The translations under genes were made by a program, and so were the position numbers. Of a stretch of 64,000 nt of DNA, positions 58,086 through 64,000 are shown one piece after another (position 1 is the stretch's first letter; each line of letters starts with the position of its first letter). The DNA is from Candidatus Bathyarchaeota archaeon (GTDB taxonomy: Archaea; Thermoproteota; Bathyarchaeia; Bathyarchaeales; Bathycorpusculaceae), in the NCBI GenBank assembly GCA_963828195.1, contig CAWHDT010000008.1, positions 32,001 through 96,000 on the forward strand. Direction: 5' to 3'. A model generated the notes under the pieces. That model was not told the DNA's origin, searched no databases, and worked only from the letters and a program-made list of their open reading frames with translations.

Positions 58086-58433
58086 TTAAGTGCACTCGCG
58101 ATTTGTGTAGCCGCATCTTAGGCATCGGAAAAACTGCGTTGAAGACTCATCTGATCCTCTGGTTTGCACCTGCCAAACGTTCGCTGTGTTGTTTCCGCAT
58201 CGTGGGCAATCAACATTCAGCGTTGGCAAAATGCTAAGCTGCTCCTCTTTGCCTATGACAGCCACAAGCTGCTTTGGAGTATGCTCAAAAACTCTGCCGT
58301 ACAACGACGCTTTGCTGTTTGATTCCTGTTTTTTAAACTGGCATTTAGTGCATGCTAGCATAACCAGGGCTTGCTTGCATGAATTTACTTTTTTAGGTAT
58401 AAGTCTTGAACCGCATTCTGCGCAAAATTCCAT
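58086..58433 (-). CDS. tfs: Transcription elongation factor S (TFS/RpoM family)
   Basis: MEFCAECGSRL...CTKC and C-terminal zinc ribbon CPRCGN...WQVQTRGSDE..T.FFRC..CG with the acidic DE tip intact. Confidence 0.9.
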   Translation of the reverse strand: MEFCAECGSRLIPKKVNSCKQALVMLACTKCQFKKQESNSKASLYGRVFEHTPKQLVAVIGKEEQLSILPTLNVDCPRCGNNTANVWQVQTRGSDESSTQFFRCLRCGYTNRECT

Positions 58434-58736
58434 AGGGATCATCTCGTATATTTTTTAAAAAAAGTTTGCGGCAGATGAAGAATTAACTTAGCGCAAACCT
58501 AAAAGTTTTTGTTCGGAAGAGAGAGGGGGAACATTGCTTCTTTGCTTGCGTTTCAGTTAACGATTCATTTGCCAACGCATTCGGTTATTGCACCGAGGCG
58601 TTTATAACACATAAGTGCAGGTAGCGCCATAAAAGATGATGTGACTGTATCGACACTACAACAAGTTATGTGCTTGCCAGCCCAATTCAAGCGTTAACAC
58701 AAATTTGCAAGGCAAATCAAGCCTAAAACCATGTTT

Positions 58737-59393
58737 TCACCGTTTACTCTTTGTTTTCCTTGGCTTCGTCATCACCACAGCTTTCTTCAGATCCAGCGGC
58801 GACATAACCCTGAAGAACGTTTTGAAATCCGGGTCCAACTGCTCAACAACCAACGTTGAAAGATACCGTACCCCACGCAGCTTCGCCACCACCGCATCCA
58901 AATCAACCGAACCGCTTGCCAAAGCCTCCCTAGCCGCCTCCAACGCCACCTCCGTGCAGTAAACCGCCTGCAACAACTCAACCTCGCTGCTTGGCCACCT
59001 TGGAACAACCGCGGATTTCCCTGCGCATAAATCAAAAAGCAAACCCACCACTTCTTTGGAAACAAACGGCGCATCAAAGGGCAAAAGCAGCGAGTATTTG
59101 CCTTGGGCAGCTTCAAAACCAGCCAAAGCTCCAGCTAAAGACCCCTGCGAGCCGTCAGCGAGGACAAACTGGACATGAGCCGACGAAACCACCTTCGCAT
59201 ACTCCTCAGCCTGCGCCTTTGAACTTGCAACCACCAGCACCTCGCCCACCATGCCCTTAACAGCGTCAACCACACAGTTCAACAACGGCTTACCGTCAAG
59301 CTTCAAAAGACCCCTGTCTTCCCCCAACTTGCCCCGTGGACCCTCAGCCAAAATAACTGCAGACCTATCCAAACACAAAACGTCTCCACCCAT
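58737..59393 (-). CDS. MobA-like NTP transferase (divergent molybdenum cofactor guanylyltransferase)
   Basis: MobA layout (AVILA, GKPL, G.LAG, D.PF, AVVP, AVY) with several substituted signature residues. Confidence 0.8.
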   Translation of the reverse strand: MGGDVLCLDRSAVILAEGPRGKLGEDRGLLKLDGKPLLNCVVDAVKGMVGEVLVVASSKAQAEEYAKVVSSAHVQFVLADGSQGSLAGALAGFEAAQGKYSLLLPFDAPFVSKEVVGLLFDLCAGKSAVVPRWPSSEVELLQAVYCTEVALEAAREALASGSVDLDAVVAKLRGVRYLSTLVVEQLDPDFKTFFRVMSPLDLKKAVVMTKPRKTKSKR

Positions 59394-59724
59394 ACGTTAC
59401 AAAACAAGTTAAAAAACATGCGGAGAAACATGTTTGGTTCTGCGGAGGATTTTTGGCGTTTCTTCAATATATAATGCCGTGTTTTTTCAGGATTGCTAAA
59501 ACAACTTTGGTTCGTTGCGCCTCTTCTCTTTGTTCATTCAACCGCTCTCGAGCCTGCGCCAACACTTTGGCTCTTTGAGAGTCGTTTAGTTCGAACCAGT
59601 TAATGTTTTGCGACAGCGTATCCGATCACTTACGACTTAAGTTGGAGGTTTCTTTATAAATGCAATATTTCGGCTATCGACATATGTCCAAAATCGGATA
59701 TATCGGAAAACTAAAAAAGGCACT

Positions 59725-59976
59725 TCAAGGCGAGGCTAAGACGCCCACTACCTTCATCTTCGCCATAACGTCGTCTGCGTGCGGCGCAATCTCCATATCA
59801 TCCGTCAAATCGCGGCCAGCCTCATGCCCCATATGATCGCCTTCAAGCCACTGATCCGAATCGGAAACATCATACACTTTGCCCTTATAACCAACGTACG
59901 CTGGTCTAGCGTTTTTTCCATCAAAGTTTTTTAATTCGTCCACGCTGAATTTTCTGGTGTTCTCCAAAACGCACAC
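59725..59976 (-). CDS. Cytochrome b5-like heme/steroid-binding protein
   Basis: F..DELK.FDGK...PAYV.YKG.VYDVS.S..W..G.H..H.AG.DLT.....APH. Confidence 0.9.
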   Translation of the reverse strand: MCVLENTRKFSVDELKNFDGKNARPAYVGYKGKVYDVSDSDQWLEGDHMGHEAGRDLTDDMEIAPHADDVMAKMKVVGVLASP

Positions 59977-60051
59977 GCTCCAACCATAATTTCGCTTAAA
60001 GGTAATTATAGTTTTCTTTTGAAGCTATAACTGACTTCAGAAAAAGTTTAA

Positions 60052-60153
60052 TTATTCAGGTTTCACAGCGCTGTTATTAAGTCCCCTAAGAATCTTATCA
60101 TCAGCTTTAATGTTCCTGATGAGTATTTCATAAGGTCTTTTACAAAGTGCCAT
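60052..60153 (-). CDS. Candidate 33-aa peptide overlapping the Fic gene end (possible antitoxin)
   Basis: ORF MALCKRPYEILIRNIKADDKILRGLNNSAVKPE; its ATG lies inside the Fic 3' end (14-bp overlap). Confidence 0.4.
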   Translation of the reverse strand: MALCKRPYEILIRNIKADDKILRGLNNSAVKPE

Positions 60154-60586
60154 TCTTTAGCCAACTCTCTATTTGCTCAATATCATATTTCCGTATGTCT
60201 TTTATAAATTTAATTATCTTTAACTCATCTTTTTCCTTGAGTTCTGCTCCGTTTACTTCAAGGAAAGCCTTTGTCACTTCAAAAGCTGTTCTATGATGCC
60301 CATCTTGAAATATTCTACTAGTCGCAATCCTCTTTAACAGTATAGCAGCCTTACGGTAAATGCCTTCAGCATTTTTTATTTCTTCAATATAGCGGTGATA
60401 AGGTTCTAATCCAACCTCAAAACCTGACCAGTAACCATAGCGTTCAATCATAATGTCATGTGCCAGAACCAAAAATTCGTCTGGAGGATACCAAGTTTTA
60501 CCCTCTTCAACCTCACATTTAGGAAGCTCAATATGCTTATTCAATGCCTCTTTGTTCGGTTTCACTTTTGCTCTTTTGCTAGACAT
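60140..60586 (-). CDS. Fic/Doc family protein with atypical motif
   Basis: AHD, KAA.LL..I and SRIFQDGHHRTAF...FLE.NG (canonical HPFxDGNKRT). Confidence 0.8.
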   Translation of the reverse strand: MSSKRAKVKPNKEALNKHIELPKCEVEEGKTWYPPDEFLVLAHDIMIERYGYWSGFEVGLEPYHRYIEEIKNAEGIYRKAAILLKRIATSRIFQDGHHRTAFEVTKAFLEVNGAELKEKDELKIIKFIKDIRKYDIEQIESWLKNGTL

Positions 60587-60700
60587 ATAGAACTATAGTT
60601 ATCTATCCCAGTAAGTAATTAGTTTATTCTAAAAGAATTTTTTAGCGCAATTAAAAAAATACGGTGCACCAAACAAAAATTAAAAGAGGGCTTTAAGAAT

Positions 60701-61342
60701 TTACTTCTCGTTTAGTTCTGGTATCTGCTCAGTGAGTTTGACCCAGTTTTCTGCTGTATTCGCCTTTATGAGCGGTTTGAGGTTTGCGAAAACAGGCGGC
60801 GGCGTCATCTTCATCCAGCCCCGCGTAATCACAACCTGGTCGTCGAGATCCAGCAAGGGAAAAAGCCAATGAAATAAAGTGGGAAATTTTTCAGGCGGCA
60901 CTTTTTTTGCCATAGCGCCAGCGACGGCGGCTTGCTCGCTCTCCGATGTTTTTTCCGTCAGAATCGGGTACAGGTGGGCGTCTTCCTTGTCAAGATGGAT
61001 CCGCAGATGCGCGTTGAGGGCAGCTGTAGCCCGCGCCGCTGCGAGGGGATTAGGCATCTTACGCATTTCTTCCAGCCCCGCAACCATAGCGTCGAGTTCA
61101 CGATGATCCATCAAGTAAGCCCTAGCCACAAGAGGAGCCACCGCATCGACAGCGGGAAAAACCGCAGCCTCCTCACCCTGAGCATGATAATCCAAAACCT
61201 CACCCAGGAGGCGCATCCTATCAAAAAGAGGCGTCAGATCCCCGCCGCCGCGAGCAATTTTCAAGGCTGCCTCATCAATCTGAAAAACATCCCGACGAAA
61301 CCCATTATGCAACACACGCACAACATCAAACGGACCAGACAA
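60701..61342 (-). CDS. Hemerythrin (HHE) domain protein
   Basis: H.GFRRD, HAQGEE...FP, DH and HLDKED..LYP. Likely TTG start at 61342. Confidence 0.85.
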   Translation of the reverse strand: MSGPFDVVRVLHNGFRRDVFQIDEAALKIARGGGDLTPLFDRMRLLGEVLDYHAQGEEAAVFPAVDAVAPLVARAYLMDHRELDAMVAGLEEMRKMPNPLAAARATAALNAHLRIHLDKEDAHLYPILTEKTSESEQAAVAGAMAKKVPPEKFPTLFHWLFPLLDLDDQVVITRGWMKMTPPPVFANLKPLIKANTAENWVKLTEQIPELNEK

Positions 61343-61574
61343 AAAACCACAACCAAACCACAAAAAACCCAAACAAACTAATAACAATATGCTGTCGCAG
61401 CCACACAGGAACAAGAACAAAAAATTAATTCGGCAGATGATGTCTTCATCAATTTTGTCCTATACGTGCGAACACACGTTACGTATATATACACGTAAGA
61501 TTTAGCAATATTTAAAAGGAACTTCTGTCTTGATAGTGACCCGTATTATAATACGTGTAAGGAGATACAAGCTA

Positions 61575-62099
61575 ATGCCCAAAGAAAAACTAACGTTAAG
61601 CGTTGACAAAGAAGTAGTTGACAAAGCAAAGCAATTAGGTATCAATATCTCAGATATTACAGAAAAAGTGTTAACAGGCTACACTGCTGCCGAAAAACCA
61701 AATGATGACCTTTATGGTGCTTACACGCAGCTATTTGATTCCATAATTCCGTTGTTGAAGGAGTTTGATTGTAGCGTTAAAGTTGCTGAGGGAATCGATG
61801 TGGGTACCTCTACGGATGCGGAAGGCAATACTTCCGACTGTGACCTTGAAATAACGATTTTCTTGTGTTCCAATGGAAGATTTTACGTGGACGAATTTGA
61901 TAACTGTTTTAAAGACATCAAAAATATTTCTCAATCTTTCTTCCTTTCTCCTGATAAAATTCTTTCTAATCTGGTGGAAGCCCTTGCAAACAGCAAGGAA
62001 AAAAGAGAAGAGCAAATAAAAGAAATCAGCATGGCAAAAAGAATAATCGACGCTATGTCGGAGAGTCTCTTAAAAAAACAACAGGTAAAAGAAAAATAA
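61575..62099 (+). CDS. RHH (CcdA/VapB-like) domain protein with uncharacterised C-terminal extension
   Basis: MPKEKLTLSVDKEVVDKAKQLGINIS...E..L. SD-like AAGGAG upstream of ATG 61575. Confidence 0.7.
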   Translation: MPKEKLTLSVDKEVVDKAKQLGINISDITEKVLTGYTAAEKPNDDLYGAYTQLFDSIIPLLKEFDCSVKVAEGIDVGTSTDAEGNTSDCDLEITIFLCSNGRFYVDEFDNCFKDIKNISQSFFLSPDKILSNLVEALANSKEKREEQIKEISMAKRIIDAMSESLLKKQQVKEK

Positions 62100-62133
62100 A
62101 GGAATTATCAAGAAAAAAAGTTTAGGTGAAAAC

Positions 62134-62310
62134 ATGGTCAAAATAAAATCGCCCTTGCGGAGTAAAGATTTGGACGTTGGCGGAGATATCAAGGGATTAT
62201 TTGGGGTTCACGGAAAAGAAATAAACGTTTATGATAACGACCGCATGGTTATCTTGAACCTAAAAAAAGGCGAACGATTAGCAGTTTTCGACAAAAATGA
62301 CAACCCCTAG
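62134..62310 (+). CDS. Small hypothetical protein (58 aa), absent from the ORF track
   Basis: AGGTGA SD at 62124-62129. ORF MVKIKSPLRSKDLDVGGDIKGLFGVHGKEINVYDNDRMVILNLKKGERLAVFDKNDNP. Confidence 0.55.
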   Translation: MVKIKSPLRSKDLDVGGDIKGLFGVHGKEINVYDNDRMVILNLKKGERLAVFDKNDNP

Positions 62311-62412
62311 GAACTATCAAGGGACAACAAGGGACGTTTAAACTGGAGAAAACTTTAACCTTTCTATTTGCACAGTTAGTATTAGCTCAAACGCCTCACG
62401 CTACCAAAATTT

Positions 62413-63999
62413 TCAACCTAAATGGTCAAGGTTATAGTCTATTTTTGCTTTTTCATAAATACCGCTGAATGAATCTTCTTTATGGTGTACAAGCGATTTC
62501 TTATAAGACGTCACTATACTTTGTGACATTTTCTCAATCATATTTGAATTTTTGAAGAAATTTTTGTAATCAAAGAAATTGTCGTTTTCGTTAGTCCAGT
62601 CTCTTATAAAATTGTCAAGATCTAAAATCATTAGCTTAAACAGCTTTTGAACCGCTTGTTCTATTATTATCAAGTTAGCACCAGTGAGAAAAGAAGAAGG
62701 ATCTTTAAAGATTTGTTCGCCTACTTGTTTATCAGCTGTAAGTAGCTTACTAACCATATGTAACATGGCGAATTTTGCCAATCCATATTTCCGTATTGGC
62801 TTAAATTCAATATCAATTGAACTATTATCAATTATTTTATAGATTATGTAGGCTAAGTAGATTTTAGGCGCATTCATATGAATTGAAAAAATTTCATTAT
62901 ATCTATCAATAAATAATCTATCCCCAGTGTAGGTTATATTTGGTTCGCCCAAATAGAATGCAGCGATTAATTGTGCTGCAAAATCGATATCGATTGAATC
63001 GACATAACCCTTAACAGAATCGCCCTCTTGCCGCCGATAAAGCACTTTCCGATTCAAAAATGTTTCAAACTCTTTTTGAATCTTGATTTGTACAGGGTCA
63101 TTTGCCTTTAGGTCTCGAACGCTTATGGCATTTTGATTATTAGTCCAAATTGTAATATCCCTGATGGTCACTGCGGATCCCAAGGGCAACTCTATTATCT
63201 TTGTCAAAACATAAATTTGGTCTGTTAGTATGTCAATATTCTCGTAAAAGGTTTGCATCGATTGACAGCCGTTGACAACAGAATAATTTGATAGTCTTAA
63301 TGTGTCTCCTTCCATCACCAGTTTTTCACAAACAATGGTAATGCCATTATGGTATAGGAAAAATTTTTCGTGCAGGTTCTTTTTTTGTAATGTTGATGAA
63401 ATATCTCTGTTGACTCGAGTTCTGCCAAGACTATAGCGAACGTTCCTTGCAAACAAGGTTCCATTTCGTATCCCGCCGAGCTTAATTAGTTCTTTCGCCT
63501 GGATAGAAAACACATTAACTTTGATACTACTCCCTATATTGTATTCAATACAAGAAGGTTTTTGGAGCGAAATTACTGTTTCTTTGTTTACCGGATCTTC
63601 TTCAGCACAAAGACAATACTTTTTATAAAGAGTCTGAATGTCATGACATTCCAATTCATCTTTATGCGCTGATAAAAATTCTGTACCGTTGGCGTCTAAT
63701 TTCTTGTTGGTAACGAAAATTCTGCGAATCTTTGAACCCCTATCAACTAGTTCTTCTATTTGCGCAGTTTTTATTATCGATTTCAAATGTTTATTTGCCC
63801 TACTTGCTGACAATTCCTTGATGCGTTGAACACTTTCAAACCATCCCGTTGCTCCCATGAATTCCCTGAGATCTACATCGCCTTGGTTCTTATCGTCATT
63901 CGGAGAGAATTTGGCTTGGAAAACATAAATCTCAGGTTCAAACTTGTCAACCCAAATACCATCTATTCCTTTATCATTTACCTCATCACAAACAGCATC
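62413..63999 (-). CDS. AIPR family protein with N-terminal Mrr-like PD-(D/E)xK domain (5' end outside window)
   Basis: LFARNVRYSLG...VN..I, FFLYHNGITIVC, VVNGCQS and TNNQNAI..RDL.AND. Frame is open to the window edge with DKGIDGIW...YVFQAK. Confidence 0.88.
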   Translation of the reverse strand, partial: DAVCDEVNDKGIDGIWVDKFEPEIYVFQAKFSPNDDKNQGDVDLREFMGATGWFESVQRIKELSASRANKHLKSIIKTAQIEELVDRGSKIRRIFVTNKKLDANGTEFLSAHKDELECHDIQTLYKKYCLCAEEDPVNKETVISLQKPSCIEYNIGSSIKVNVFSIQAKELIKLGGIRNGTLFARNVRYSLGRTRVNRDISSTLQKKNLHEKFFLYHNGITIVCEKLVMEGDTLRLSNYSVVNGCQSMQTFYENIDILTDQIYVLTKIIELPLGSAVTIRDITIWTNNQNAISVRDLKANDPVQIKIQKEFETFLNRKVLYRRQEGDSVKGYVDSIDIDFAAQLIAAFYLGEPNITYTGDRLFIDRYNEIFSIHMNAPKIYLAYIIYKIIDNSSIDIEFKPIRKYGLAKFAMLHMVSKLLTADKQVGEQIFKDPSSFLTGANLIIIEQAVQKLFKLMILDLDNFIRDWTNENDNFFDYKNFFKNSNMIEKMSQSIVTSYKKSLVHHKEDSFSGIYEKAKIDYNLDHLG

Positions 64000-64000
64000 T

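Overview
Archaeal chromosomal segment, most likely Bathyarchaeia. This is inferred from DGGGP synthase, a CdvB/ESCRT-III homologue, the aIF-1A-RIO1-Dim2 cluster, TFS, archaeal TATA promoters and expanded PQQ-like beta-propeller surface proteins. Bases 1-26.5 kb form a surface-glycan/exopolysaccharide locus. It holds GT2/GT4 glycosyltransferases, FemAB-like and CelD-like GNATs, a CapK-like ligase, a Wzx flippase, a GalU-like nucleotidyltransferase and split DUF1616 genes. Interleaved with these are three paralogous small secreted proteins resembling TasA/archaeal bundling-pilus subunits, a beta-helix protein with the same N-terminal strand, a large Ig-repeat surface protein, a wHTH regulator with a highly structured 5' leader, and a terminase remnant. 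My best candidate for an undescribed system is this fibre-plus-decorated-polysaccharide (biofilm-matrix-like) locus; its function is inference only. Bases 27-39 kb hold a membrane-tethered wHTH with twin palindromic operators beside a beta-propeller gene, cdvB, DGGGP synthase, an integrase remnant and two PQQ-like surface proteins around a tandem Lrp. Bases 39-60 kb are mostly housekeeping, stress and signalling genes plus a third PQQ-like paralogue. Bases 60-64 kb form a defence-like island (atypical Fic, RHH/CcdA-like protein, AIPR). Five otherwise intact genes carry single-base frameshifts that may be assembly errors. No tRNA, rRNA or CRISPR array could be supported.
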